Part shown: in pieces, positions 25,562 through 34,877 of the stretch
How positions within the stretch are numbered: position 1 is the first letter of the stretch
Layout: each line of letters begins with the position of its first letter
Assembly (NCBI GenBank): GCA_013288565.1
Contig: JABDBP010000006.1
Coordinates: 5,088 to 69,087, forward strand
Length of the DNA stretch: 64,000 nucleotides
Source: Alphaproteobacteria bacterium
GTDB taxonomy: Bacteria > Pseudomonadota > Alphaproteobacteria > Rickettsiales > JABDBP01
Direction: 5' to 3'
Position numbers and translations under genes: made by a program
Notes under the pieces: model-generated
Database searches by the model: none
Seen by the model: the letters and a program-made list of their open reading frames with translations, nothing else
Told to the model about the DNA's origin: nothing

Positions 25562-27307
25562 ATGAGTTTCTACAATCCCAGAAAAAGATCCTTGATGCGC
25601 TGGATATGGCTGCTGCCGCTTCTTGCCGTGGCCGGATTATCAGGGCTGCATTATCATCACAAGCATAGCGCCAAGCCTAGGATGCTTTTCAGCGGAAATT
25701 ACGGCAATAGTGTTTCCGGGCAATACCTTTCGTCGCGGTTTGCCGCCCTGCATAATGACTGGGAGGACGCGCTGGCGGCGATAAAGCCATCCGTGACGAA
25801 AGAAAACGTCAGCGCCGGGATGCTGGATACCGCCATGCGCTTGGAACTTCGCCTCGGCAACATTGAGGAAGCAAAAAACCTAGCGGAAAGAGTGGCCAAA
25901 CTTGCAGCGAAAGATCCCCTCGCTGCCACGATAATCGCCGCTTATCACCTGAAGCAAAGGCACCTTGAAAAAGTGCAACAGGTTTTGCAGCCTTTCGTAA
26001 TCGTGAAACCGGATGCTCAGGGGGCAGACATAACCATCCTGGTTACCGATATGTTGCAGATATGGGCGCTGGCGGAAAGCCGCGATTACGAAAAAGCCAT
26101 GGCGAAACTCGACCGGCTTATCCACGAAGGCCCTCCGGTATTCTCACAATTTCTGCATTATCAGGCGGCGATTATCGCTGACATGGCTGGCATGAAAACT
26201 CGGGCCGATCAGGAATATTCGGCGATAATAAAATCGCATTCGCCGAAATCCTATCGGTTCATGGAAGGCGCGATCAGTTTTTACCGCCGCAGCGGCAATC
26301 CCTTGGCGAATCAGCTATACGAAGAATTCATGAAGAAATACCTGGTGCTTTCGGAAAATTCCTCTCTGCCGCTTACCACTCAGCCGATAGTGAATGACGG
26401 AATTGAAGGAGCAGCGGAACTTTTCGCCGAAGTCGGCTCATATTTGAACGATAACGTATTTTCCATCGAGGCAGTCGAATATCTGAGGCTGGCACTGTAT
26501 TTGCGCCCCGATCTGCCACATGCACAATATATCCTTGCCGACATTCTTTCCAGCATGGGACATGAAAAAGAGGCGATAGAACTGCTCGGAAAAATCAACC
26601 CGAACTCGCCGTATAACTGGCGCGGACGCATAGGCATTGCCCGTGACCTGGAGAAAATTGGCACAACAAAACAGGCAGAAAGCATTTTGCTTTCACTCGA
26701 CCAGGAACGCCCAGAAAATCTCGAAGCTATCGCCACACTGGGCGACATATACCAGCACCAGGAGAATTACGCACAAGCTGCTAAAGTTTATGAAAAGGCG
26801 GTGGAAAAAATAAAAAACCCGGAGGAAAAACATTGGGTGCTGTTTTATTCGCTCGGCGCGGCTTACGAAAGAATCGGCGAGTGGAAAAAGGCGGAGCATT
26901 ATCTTATAGAAGCTCTGAAGCTTTCACCGGGCCAACCGGAAGCGCTCAACTACCTCGCCTACAGTTGGGTCGAACGCGGCGAAAATTTGCAGCAGGCGCG
27001 AGAAATGCTGGAAACAGCCCTTAAAAAAAGCCCCGATGACGCTCATATAATCGATAGCTACGGCTGGGCATTGTTCAGGCTCAAGGATTATCCCGGTGCG
27101 GTCAAAAATCTCGAACAAGCGGCGATGGGCATGCCATACGACAGTACGGTGAACGATCATCTGGGTGATGCATATTGGATGGCTGGCAGGCGGAATGAGG
27201 CTAGATTCCAATGGTCGGCAGCATTAAACATGAAGCCGGAACCGAGCCAGGTGGTACTGATAAAAAGAAAACTGGCGCAGGGCTTGGATCAAAATCCAGA
27301 AAAGTAA
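25562..27307 (+). CDS. TPR-repeat exported protein
   Basis: N-terminal hydrophobic segment, many TPRs, LNYLAYSW...IIDSYGW...DHLGDAYW tail; precedes ispE. Confidence 0.88.
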   Translation: MSFYNPRKRSLMRWIWLLPLLAVAGLSGLHYHHKHSAKPRMLFSGNYGNSVSGQYLSSRFAALHNDWEDALAAIKPSVTKENVSAGMLDTAMRLELRLGNIEEAKNLAERVAKLAAKDPLAATIIAAYHLKQRHLEKVQQVLQPFVIVKPDAQGADITILVTDMLQIWALAESRDYEKAMAKLDRLIHEGPPVFSQFLHYQAAIIADMAGMKTRADQEYSAIIKSHSPKSYRFMEGAISFYRRSGNPLANQLYEEFMKKYLVLSENSSLPLTTQPIVNDGIEGAAELFAEVGSYLNDNVFSIEAVEYLRLALYLRPDLPHAQYILADILSSMGHEKEAIELLGKINPNSPYNWRGRIGIARDLEKIGTTKQAESILLSLDQERPENLEAIATLGDIYQHQENYAQAAKVYEKAVEKIKNPEEKHWVLFYSLGAAYERIGEWKKAEHYLIEALKLSPGQPEALNYLAYSWVERGENLQQAREMLETALKKSPDDAHIIDSYGWALFRLKDYPGAVKNLEQAAMGMPYDSTVNDHLGDAYWMAGRRNEARFQWSAALNMKPEPSQVVLIKRKLAQGLDQNPEK

Positions 27308-28149
27308 TGATATTAGCTCCGGCTAAAATCAATTTATATTTACACGTCACCGGCAAAAGGCCGGACAGTTATCATCTGCTGGATAGCCTGGTGGTTTTCG
27401 CCGATGCCGCAGATGAATTGCGGATAGAACTGGCGAAAGATTTTTCGCTGGAAATAACCGGCGAATTCGCAAATCTGGTGGATATTAACGATAACAGCGT
27501 AAAAAAAGCTGCGGAGTCACTGCAAAAATATTCCGGTGAACAGGGTAGCTGCAAAATAACCTTGAAAAAAAATCTGCCAGTCGGTGCTGGAATCGGCGGC
27601 GGTTCGTCGGACGCGGCGGCGACGTTGCTGGTGTTGAACGATTTATGGAAACTAAATTTAAGCGGTGGCGAATTGCAAAAAATCGGACTTAAAATCGGTG
27701 CCGATGTGCCGGTCTGCCTGGCGCGGAGAAGTTCAGTCATGTCGGGAATCGGCGAGGAGATCCGGGAAATAAAACTGCCGCCCTTAAATTTATTATTGGT
27801 AAATCCTGACGTTCAAGTTTCGACCACAAAAGTTTTCTCGATGGGATTCGATAAATTTTCCGCGCCAGCCGCCAAGGTGAAAAATTTTGATTCGCTGGAA
27901 GAACTAGTAAGATTTCTTTCGCGCACTCGGAATGATATGGAAGAAAACGCGATAAAAATCGCGCCGGAAATTGCGGAGGTCTTATTGGCGATTTCGCGGC
28001 AAAAAGGTTGTCTGCTTGCCAGAATGTCAGGCAGTGGTGCAACCTGCTTTGGTATATTCGATACCGTGGAGAATTCACGCGCCGCGGCAATCGCAATCGG
28101 CAAAGAGAAAAAATCCTGGTGGGCAAAGGCGACTCGAACGTTCGACTGA
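27307..28149 (+). CDS. ispE: 4-diphosphocytidyl-2-C-methyl-D-erythritol kinase
   Basis: APAKINLYLHV, GAGIGGGSSDAA, GADVP, MSGSG; ATG overlaps the upstream TAA. Confidence 0.97.
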   Translation: MILAPAKINLYLHVTGKRPDSYHLLDSLVVFADAADELRIELAKDFSLEITGEFANLVDINDNSVKKAAESLQKYSGEQGSCKITLKKNLPVGAGIGGGSSDAAATLLVLNDLWKLNLSGGELQKIGLKIGADVPVCLARRSSVMSGIGEEIREIKLPPLNLLLVNPDVQVSTTKVFSMGFDKFSAPAAKVKNFDSLEELVRFLSRTRNDMEENAIKIAPEIAEVLLAISRQKGCLLARMSGSGATCFGIFDTVENSRAAAIAIGKEKKSWWAKATRTFD

Positions 28150-28154
28150 TTCGC

Positions 28155-28832
28155 TTAAGCCGTATCTTCAATATTATTTTCGGCGAATCCCTTCCTGCGT
28201 AGCAAACAGGCATCGCAATGTCCGCATGATTGGCCGTTTTCGCCCGGGTCGTAACAGCTTGTGGTCAGGCTGTAATCAACGCCTAATCCTAAGCCTTTTT
28301 TTATGATTTCCGCTTTGGTCATATTAATCAGCGGCACATGGATTTTGATTTTTTTTCCTTGCACAGACATCGCGGTTGCCAGGTTTGCCATCGCCTCGAA
28401 CGCGTGGATGAACTCCGGGCGGCAATCGGGATAGCCGCTGTAATCCAGCGCATTCACGCCGATGAAAATATCGCAAGCGGCGATCGATTCCGCATAGGCC
28501 AGCGCGAAACTCAGGAAAATCGTGTTGCGCGCTGGGACGTAAGTTACCGGAATTTCGCCGCCGATTTCCTTTACTGATGCATGTTTCGGAACCGGGATGG
28601 TGGAAGTGAGTGCCGAGCCTTGAAACGCCGCGAGATCGACTTTTATTATTTTATGTTCAGTGATTTTATATTTTTCCACCAGCCTTTTCGCCATTTCCAG
28701 CTCATGCGCATGGCGCTGGCCATATAAAAAACTTAAAGCGTGCATTTCATAGCCTTCGGCTTGCGCTATAGCCAAAACGGTCGCCGAATCCAACCCGCCG
28801 GAGAGAAGCAATATGGCTTTTTTCGCCATCAC
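28155..28832 (-). CDS. queC: 7-cyano-7-deazaguanine synthase
   Basis: [21 protein letters not shown]-terminal CGHCDAC. Confidence 0.97.
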   Translation of the reverse strand: MMAKKAILLLSGGLDSATVLAIAQAEGYEMHALSFLYGQRHAHELEMAKRLVEKYKITEHKIIKVDLAAFQGSALTSTIPVPKHASVKEIGGEIPVTYVPARNTIFLSFALAYAESIAACDIFIGVNALDYSGYPDCRPEFIHAFEAMANLATAMSVQGKKIKIHVPLINMTKAEIIKKGLGLGVDYSLTTSCYDPGENGQSCGHCDACLLRRKGFAENNIEDTA

Positions 28833-29485
28833 CTAATCCCAACAATTTTGTGCATCTGTAATGATAAATGATAGCCGTTTTTCCGCGCTATTCCGGCCGC
28901 CAGCGCGAGGTTGGATTGGTTTTTTGCAGCATCAAACTCATCCATCGGCTGCACATAAACCGGGATTTTATAGCGTGCTTGGCCGATTTCCGGGATTTCG
29001 GCATAGAGAGGGTCATGCGCAGAAACCAGAAATTTCAGCGCATTCAGCCTTCCCAGCAAATCATCACGCAGTGGAAAATAACCTTTGCCCAGATTTTTTG
29101 GCGAACAGACGATTTCCACCCGTACATCGAGCGGACGGAAAATAGTTCCGTTGGTTTCAATCTGCACACGGAAACCGGCGGCCAGTAATGAATCACAGAG
29201 ATTCTCGATCGGCTGGCGCAGCGGTTCGCCGCCGGTTATCACCGCCAGGCTGGGATTACCCAAATCACCGGCCTCAGCCAGTATTTCCTTGAGGCTCATG
29301 GTGGAAAAATCCTCGAAATCAGTATCGCAGAAATTGCAGGCCAGATTGCAGCCGCCTAATCGGATGAAAACCGCTGGGCAGCCGGAATTTGGCCCCTCGC
29401 CCTGTATCGAGCGATAGATTTCCTTGATTTCCAGCCAGTCGCCAGATTTAAAAACCGGACGCCTTATCGGGTTATTGCCAAGCAC
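28829..29485 (-). CDS. queE: 7-carboxy-7-deazaguanine synthase (radical SAM)
   Basis: [32 protein letters not shown]; coupled to queC. Confidence 0.95.
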   Translation of the reverse strand: MLGNNPIRRPVFKSGDWLEIKEIYRSIQGEGPNSGCPAVFIRLGGCNLACNFCDTDFEDFSTMSLKEILAEAGDLGNPSLAVITGGEPLRQPIENLCDSLLAAGFRVQIETNGTIFRPLDVRVEIVCSPKNLGKGYFPLRDDLLGRLNALKFLVSAHDPLYAEIPEIGQARYKIPVYVQPMDEFDAAKNQSNLALAAGIARKNGYHLSLQMHKIVGIR

Positions 29486-29552
29486 ATCATTTCAATTTAA
29501 TATTAATTGATATAAATTACCGGAAGAAATATATGAAGGTTTTACGCCAAAA

Positions 29553-29714
29553 ATGCAACCCCTAGAGACAATAATGGTGGAAAAACTGCAGGTTAGCTGC
29601 GACGGTAAAGCCGGTGTTTCCGGTCATCCGCTAATATACTTGACCCTGCCAGATACGGGTCAGGTTGATTGCCCATATTGCGGAAAGCGATTTATCTTAA
29701 AAAAATCTGCCTGA
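29553..29714 (+). CDS. Small zinc-finger (zf-CHCC type) protein, 53 aa, not in the ORF track
   Basis: Manual translation MQPLETIMVEKLQVSCDGKAGVSGHPLIYLTLPDTGQVDCPYCGKRFILKKSA with C...GHP...CPYC pattern. Confidence 0.9.
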   Translation: MQPLETIMVEKLQVSCDGKAGVSGHPLIYLTLPDTGQVDCPYCGKRFILKKSA

Positions 29715-29779
29715 TTATCCATCTGATTTTTCAGTATTTTTCTCGCCGCCCGGCGAAAATTGAAAAAAGTTTCGTTTCA

Positions 29780-29795
29780 TTAACGATTTCTTAAC
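29780..29795. promoter_or_regulatory. CtrA-binding box upstream of 164-aa lipoprotein
   Basis: TTAA-CGATTTC-TTAAC, exact consensus, 60 nt before the ATG. Confidence 0.7.
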
Positions 29796-29855
29796 CATTT
29801 TGTGGGTAGTATTGGTAATTGAGTGGTTTTGCAACCAATATAAGGGGGCTTAAAA

Positions 29856-30350
29856 ATGCGTAAAACATGGTTACTACTTCTGCCATTCTTGGCCGCGGCC
29901 TGCAGTGGGGATAAGTCGCCTAAGGTGGATTCCGTCATGCAGAAAAGCGATAAATATTTAAGCTGCAACGACGTGAAACTCGAAATGAACGAGGCGCAAT
30001 TCTATGAAAGAACCGCCGAGGACAACAAGGATTTCCACGCAAAATACCTGCTGATGCCGCTCGGTTATGTCTCCACTTACATGAGTGCCGAAGACGCGAT
30101 GCAGACTTCGCGCGAGCGCGTGCAGTATCTGCAAAGCATATACGACATATTGAACTGCGACCGCAAGGAACGCCAGATGATGACCGGCCCTTCCGGCTAT
30201 ATGGCCCCGGAGGGCAGCGGTTATGCGCCGACCAGCGTCTATCCGCAAGTCGGCCCGGGCAGTTACAATATGCCGCAGAACCGCCAGCAATATGGCGGTG
30301 TTGACAACCGCTATGCCCGCCAGCCGGTCAATTATGGTGATCCACTCTAA
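29856..30350 (+). CDS. Putative lipoprotein (164 aa)
   Basis: Lipobox LAAC, SD AAGGGGG, Cys pair, Tyr/Pro/Gln-rich tail. Confidence 0.8.
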   Translation: MRKTWLLLLPFLAAACSGDKSPKVDSVMQKSDKYLSCNDVKLEMNEAQFYERTAEDNKDFHAKYLLMPLGYVSTYMSAEDAMQTSRERVQYLQSIYDILNCDRKERQMMTGPSGYMAPEGSGYAPTSVYPQVGPGSYNMPQNRQQYGGVDNRYARQPVNYGDPL

Positions 30351-30518
30351 AATAAAACCGCTGCATTTAGTGGCGTATGGAGTAATTTCGGATGAAAGCG
30401 GTATTGAGCCCCCACTATATGCTCTTCTGGCATATCGTGAAAATTTAATGACGAGCCATCAAAAAGAGCATTCTGTAGATTGCCGCTGCTGAAACGAGCT
30501 TCTGAATTGATTATTTTC

Positions 30519-33275
30519 TCAATGCACTTCACCCCAATTTTGACCATTTTTAATATCGACTGTTAAGGGAACTGGGAGCACGGCTGCGTTTTCCATTATT
30601 TTTTTCGCGAGCATGGAAACTATTTCCACCTCATTTTCTGGCGCCTCGAAAATCAATTCATCATGCACCTGCAGCAGTATTTTTGATTGAAGATTTTTCT
30701 GCTGCAATTCCCGGAAAATCCGGATCATCGCCAGTTTTATTATATCCGCCGCAGTGCCTTGAAGCGGAGCATTTATCGCCGCGCGTTCTGCGTTTCCGCG
30801 GATGCCCTGGTTGCGATCGTTCATGCCAAGGATATGGCATTTCCTGCCGAACAGTGTTGCAACAAACCCGTTTTCCCGCGCAAAATTTTTCGTCCGCTCC
30901 ATATATTCCAAAATGCCGGGATAGGCGGCAAAATAGGTGTCGATATATTGCCCAGCCGCGCTTCGCGTAATGCCAAGCTGTCTGGCCAGCCCAAACGCAG
31001 ATTGGCCATAAATAATTCCGAAATTTATGGTTTTCGCCATGCGCCGCGTGTGCGCATCGACCTGATCGACTGGCACGCCGAAAACCTGGTGTGCAGTGAT
31101 GTTGTGGATGTCCAGGCCTTCGGCGAAGGCTTTTTTTAAAGACGGAATATCGGCCATATGCGCCAGCAGCCGAAGTTCAATCTGCGAATAATCGGCGGCG
31201 ATTAGAACGTGGTTAGGTGCGGCAATAAAAGCGCGGCGGATTTTGCGGCCTTCTTCGCTTTTTATCGGGATGTTTTGCAGATTCGGGTTGATGGAACTGA
31301 GGCGCCCGGTGGAAGTCGCGGCCATGGCGTAGGTGGTGTGGACGCGACCGTCAGCCTTGCTTATCTGCTGTTGTAGCGCGTCGCTATAAGTGCTTTTCAA
31401 TTTGCTGAACTGCCGCCACTCCAGAATTTTCTGAGCTATGTCGTGACCTTGTGCAGCGAGGTTATCCAACGCGTCAGCTCCTGTAGTGAACGCGCCGGAC
31501 TTTGTTTTCTTGCCGCCGGAAAATCCCATTTCACCAAACAATACTTCACTCAGTTGCTTGGGCGAGCCGATGTTAAATTCATGCCCGGCGATTCGGTAGA
31601 TTTCCTTTTCCAGTCCGGTCAGCTTTTGATTGAAATATTCCGAGAGTTGCGCCAACTCGTTTTTCTCTACCAGAATGCCGGTTTTTTCCATTTCGGCCAA
31701 AACCTCGACTAACGGCCTTTCCAGCAACTCATAAACCCTGGTCATTTTTTCTGCAAAAATCCTGCGGCGGAAAAGTTTGTGTAAATCACAGATAGCTTTT
31801 GATTTTCTATATAATGTTTTATTCAGGTTTGATAAATCATCGTTCAACTCTATCTGTAAATACGTTCTCGCCAGGGTTTCCAGATCGTGCTTGTGACGTG
31901 TAGAATCCAGTACGTTTGAGAGCAGCATTACATCGTCCAGCGGATTTATCCGAACGCCGCATTTCAGGCAGAAAACGGATAATTCTTTAATGCTATGGCC
32001 GATTTTGACGATGGATTCGTTTTCCAGTAATGGCTTAAGCGCGGAGATTGCGACTGCGTCCGAAAGCATAGCCGAATCATTTTTCTGATCGAGGAAATCC
32101 AGTCCGATCTGGCCCTTTTGTGTTGCAGCACCGAACTCGACGAGACAGGCGATATATTTATTCGCATCGGCATAGCCGATTACCAACCCCGATTTATTCT
32201 CTGCCAAGTTTTCCAAGGATATTACGATTTGCCGCTCGATTATCGTATTGCCGAGCCAGGATTCCAGTGCGCCGATTTCCCTGATGGTTGTAAAATTTTT
32301 TTCGTCATATTCCTGGAATGGTGCGGTGGGTTTTTCCGTTTCTACAGGTTCCGCAGGCACAAATCCCGGAATGTGTTTTTCCAACCGCGCCAGCAGTGAC
32401 CTGAACTCCATTTCCTGAAAAAATTTACCGAGTTTATGATTATCCTGCTGGCGGTATGCGAAAGACGAAATATCCGCCGGGACCGGAGCATTATGGTCGA
32501 GCAAAACCAACCGTTTTGAAAGCCGCGCCTTCTCGATATTATTTTGCAGTGTTTCCGCTCGCTTCTGCTGTTTTATATTGCCGATATTTTCCAACAGATT
32601 TTCTAGCGAGTCATATTCTTTTATCAATTCGGCGGCGGTTTTTGGGCCGATTCCCGGCACGCCGGGGACATTATCAGAACTATCGCCGATCAAAGCTAGT
32701 ACATCTGCAACTCTTGCTGGAGTAACGCCGAACTTTTCCAGCACTTCTTTTTCGCCGATTTCCCTATATTTTACTGGATCGAGCATTTTCACACCGTCCG
32801 CAATTAATTGCATCAAATCCTTGTCGGAGGAGACGATGACGACATCAAAATCCTCCGCCCGCGCCAGTTTGGTATAAGTTGCGATCAAATCATCAGCCTC
32901 GTAATTTTCTGCCTCGACGGATGGAATATTCAGTGCTTCCGCTGCGCGGCGCACCAAGGGAAATTGCGTTTTCAGATCATCCGGAGCTTCCGCCCGGTTG
33001 GCCTTGTATTCGGCATACATATCGTCGCGGAAAGTTTTCCCGCCTGAATCGAAAACCACCGCCAAGTAATTTTCTCCGCCTTCTTTTTCAATGCCGGAGC
33101 GGAGTTTCATCAGCATGTTGGTAAAGCCGTAAACCGCACCAGTCGGCAGACCTTTGCTGGTTTTTATTGGTGGTAGAGCATGGAACGCCCGGAAAACGAA
33201 TCCATAGCCATCAATCAAATACAACCGTTTTTTCGATTGCTTGTCGGAAAGAGGAATTGGCGCGGAATTCTGCAT
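30519..33275 (-). CDS. polA: DNA polymerase I
   Basis: 5'-3' exonuclease (LIDG, EADD, DKD, GDSSDNVPG), polymerase motifs DYSQIELR, KTINFGIIYG, VHDE. Confidence 0.98.
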   Translation of the reverse strand: MQNSAPIPLSDKQSKKRLYLIDGYGFVFRAFHALPPIKTSKGLPTGAVYGFTNMLMKLRSGIEKEGGENYLAVVFDSGGKTFRDDMYAEYKANRAEAPDDLKTQFPLVRRAAEALNIPSVEAENYEADDLIATYTKLARAEDFDVVIVSSDKDLMQLIADGVKMLDPVKYREIGEKEVLEKFGVTPARVADVLALIGDSSDNVPGVPGIGPKTAAELIKEYDSLENLLENIGNIKQQKRAETLQNNIEKARLSKRLVLLDHNAPVPADISSFAYRQQDNHKLGKFFQEMEFRSLLARLEKHIPGFVPAEPVETEKPTAPFQEYDEKNFTTIREIGALESWLGNTIIERQIVISLENLAENKSGLVIGYADANKYIACLVEFGAATQKGQIGLDFLDQKNDSAMLSDAVAISALKPLLENESIVKIGHSIKELSVFCLKCGVRINPLDDVMLLSNVLDSTRHKHDLETLARTYLQIELNDDLSNLNKTLYRKSKAICDLHKLFRRRIFAEKMTRVYELLERPLVEVLAEMEKTGILVEKNELAQLSEYFNQKLTGLEKEIYRIAGHEFNIGSPKQLSEVLFGEMGFSGGKKTKSGAFTTGADALDNLAAQGHDIAQKILEWRQFSKLKSTYSDALQQQISKADGRVHTTYAMAATSTGRLSSINPNLQNIPIKSEEGRKIRRAFIAAPNHVLIAADYSQIELRLLAHMADIPSLKKAFAEGLDIHNITAHQVFGVPVDQVDAHTRRMAKTINFGIIYGQSAFGLARQLGITRSAAGQYIDTYFAAYPGILEYMERTKNFARENGFVATLFGRKCHILGMNDRNQGIRGNAERAAINAPLQGTAADIIKLAMIRIFRELQQKNLQSKILLQVHDELIFEAPENEVEIVSMLAKKIMENAAVLPVPLTVDIKNGQNWGEVH

Positions 33276-33336
33276 GGAATATTTTTAGAGCAGCCATGCT
33301 GAGCTTTCAATCGGATTCGCAATAGAACTCGTTGAC

Positions 33337-33684
33337 CTACTCTTCTGGTTTAAACTTCGCCGCTTCCTTTTTTACCATTTCGATGAATTGCCTGCCGGCA
33401 GGAGTTTTTTCCAGTTTCTTAACCACATCTTCGGCGAAATTATCATAAGTTCCATAGAGCTCGAACATTTCTTGTTTGACCGATTCCGGTGGCTCTTCCC
33501 CCTCGTCCCAATATATTACATGGCCGTAGTCCTGAAGCGAGAATGGCCCTTCGGCCTGCGCTTTAAGATAAGCGTCCATATTATCCATCGGTATCATCAC
33601 ATATGCCCAGTAAGGTTTATCCTCCAACGTAGTGCCGCGAGAGAGAAAAATTATTCCTGGATCGGGGAAATTTATTTTTTCCAT
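33337..33684 (-). CDS. Hypothetical protein (115 aa)
   Basis: SD GGAG; globular composition (YWAYV...DYGHVIY...GEEPP); directly follows the 183-aa gene. Confidence 0.7.
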   Translation of the reverse strand: MEKINFPDPGIIFLSRGTTLEDKPYWAYVMIPMDNMDAYLKAQAEGPFSLQDYGHVIYWDEGEEPPESVKQEMFELYGTYDNFAEDVVKKLEKTPAGRQFIEMVKKEAAKFKPEE

Positions 33685-33697
33685 TTGTTAATAACTC

Positions 33698-34249
33698 CTA
33701 TGCGGCGCGGCCTAATACTTTTCCTGCCTGAATACCCATCCAATCCCCTGCACTTCTTGCCAAGGTGCTAACAACTGTGAATTTAGCCCACATCGGCCAA
33801 AGGGCGGCAAAGCTGAATGCCACACCAGCAGTTGCGCCGCCGGTAACCACTGTCAGTGCTGCAAGAGTTAAGACCGGCAACACGCTGAGAACCGTCATGT
33901 TGTACCACCGCTTGGGACTAAGGAGAGCCATTACAGGCTTTGAAGTATTTTCTTTGATAGTAGGCATCAAGTTTTTAAAAACATTGTTCATACCACTGCC
34001 AATAAGCTTGGCAGCTATGGGGAGTATAAGAGGATTAGCCAAACCAACTGCGGTAGCCGAAGCAAAAGTCAACCCACCCTTAAGCACCCCGTATGTTGCA
34101 ACCATAACAGCGGTTGCAAGATAAGTACCAAGGAACGCAGTTAGCGCATGCGGCCTTCCGGCCGGCGCCTGCATATCGGCCGAATTCTGCCTGACAATTG
34201 GCGGGCTATCTGTACGAGCCATACTCATGTCAACCCATTGATAAAACAA
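33698..34249 (-). CDS. Hypothetical multi-pass membrane protein (~180 aa)
   Basis: Two hydrophobic Ala/Gly/Thr-rich hairpin segments; start may be 34228 or 34222. Confidence 0.65.
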   Translation of the reverse strand: MFYQWVDMSMARTDSPPIVRQNSADMQAPAGRPHALTAFLGTYLATAVMVATYGVLKGGLTFASATAVGLANPLILPIAAKLIGSGMNNVFKNLMPTIKENTSKPVMALLSPKRWYNMTVLSVLPVLTLAALTVVTGGATAGVAFSFAALWPMWAKFTVVSTLARSAGDWMGIQAGKVLGRAA

Positions 34250-34290
34250 TATACCATGTCCAATTATAGCAAAAATCGGCGGCAGGAATA

Positions 34291-34305
34291 TTAAACTTTT
34301 GTTAA
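34291..34305. promoter_or_regulatory. Probable CtrA box upstream of the 183-aa/115-aa genes
   Basis: TTAA-ACTTTTG-TTAA. Confidence 0.5.
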
Positions 34306-34332
34306 ACTTTTGGGCAATGGAAGGTGGTAGAA

Positions 34333-34638
34333 CTATTCGCCAAACAGGCTTTTTATGAAAGATGCCGCCTCGTTTTTGAAATTAACCACTGGGGAAACGC
34401 CGCTTTTGACTGGGTCTTTTGCATCTTTTCCGTTTTTTGAATAAACAGTCAACGAATCCGTCAGATGAATAGCTGTTATACGCTCACCGGCCTGGATTCC
34501 CGGCTGTGGAGAAGCAATTTTGACCGGCGGCGCTATCCCAATCAAGGTCAAACCATCCATATCCCCGCTGATTCCGGCCGGAGCCGGGCAGGAAACCATC
34601 ATCGCCATAAGTATTAGTAACATACGGATATATCTCAT
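34333..34638 (-). CDS. Small exported hypothetical protein
   Basis: Signal-peptide-like MRYIRMLLILMAMMVSCPAPA; fills the intergenic space. Confidence 0.55.
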   Translation of the reverse strand: MRYIRMLLILMAMMVSCPAPAGISGDMDGLTLIGIAPPVKIASPQPGIQAGERITAIHLTDSLTVYSKNGKDAKDPVKSGVSPVVNFKNEAASFIKSLFGE

Positions 34639-34743
34639 ATTTTCATTATACCACGGCAAAAGCCCCGGTTTTGTTAAGCTTTTGTGAAGATTTGCTATGT
34701 TATTGATTTGTAAGCAGGCTGTTTATATATTCGAGCGTTCCCA

Positions 34744-34831
34744 GCCCGCGTGATGGAATGGTAGACATAACGGACTTAAAATCCGTGGACCGTTAAAGGT
34801 CATGCCGGTTCAAGTCCGGCCGCGGGTACCA
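34744..34831 (+). tRNA. tRNA-Leu(TAA)
   Basis: Acceptor GCCCGCG/CGCGGGT, anticodon arm ACGGA-CTTAAAA-TCCGT, long variable arm, GGTTCAAGTCC, CCA end. Confidence 0.97.
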
Positions 34832-34877
34832 CCTCTAAATCAATAGGTTAGAGGTGATAATCAGTAACGGGCAAAAA

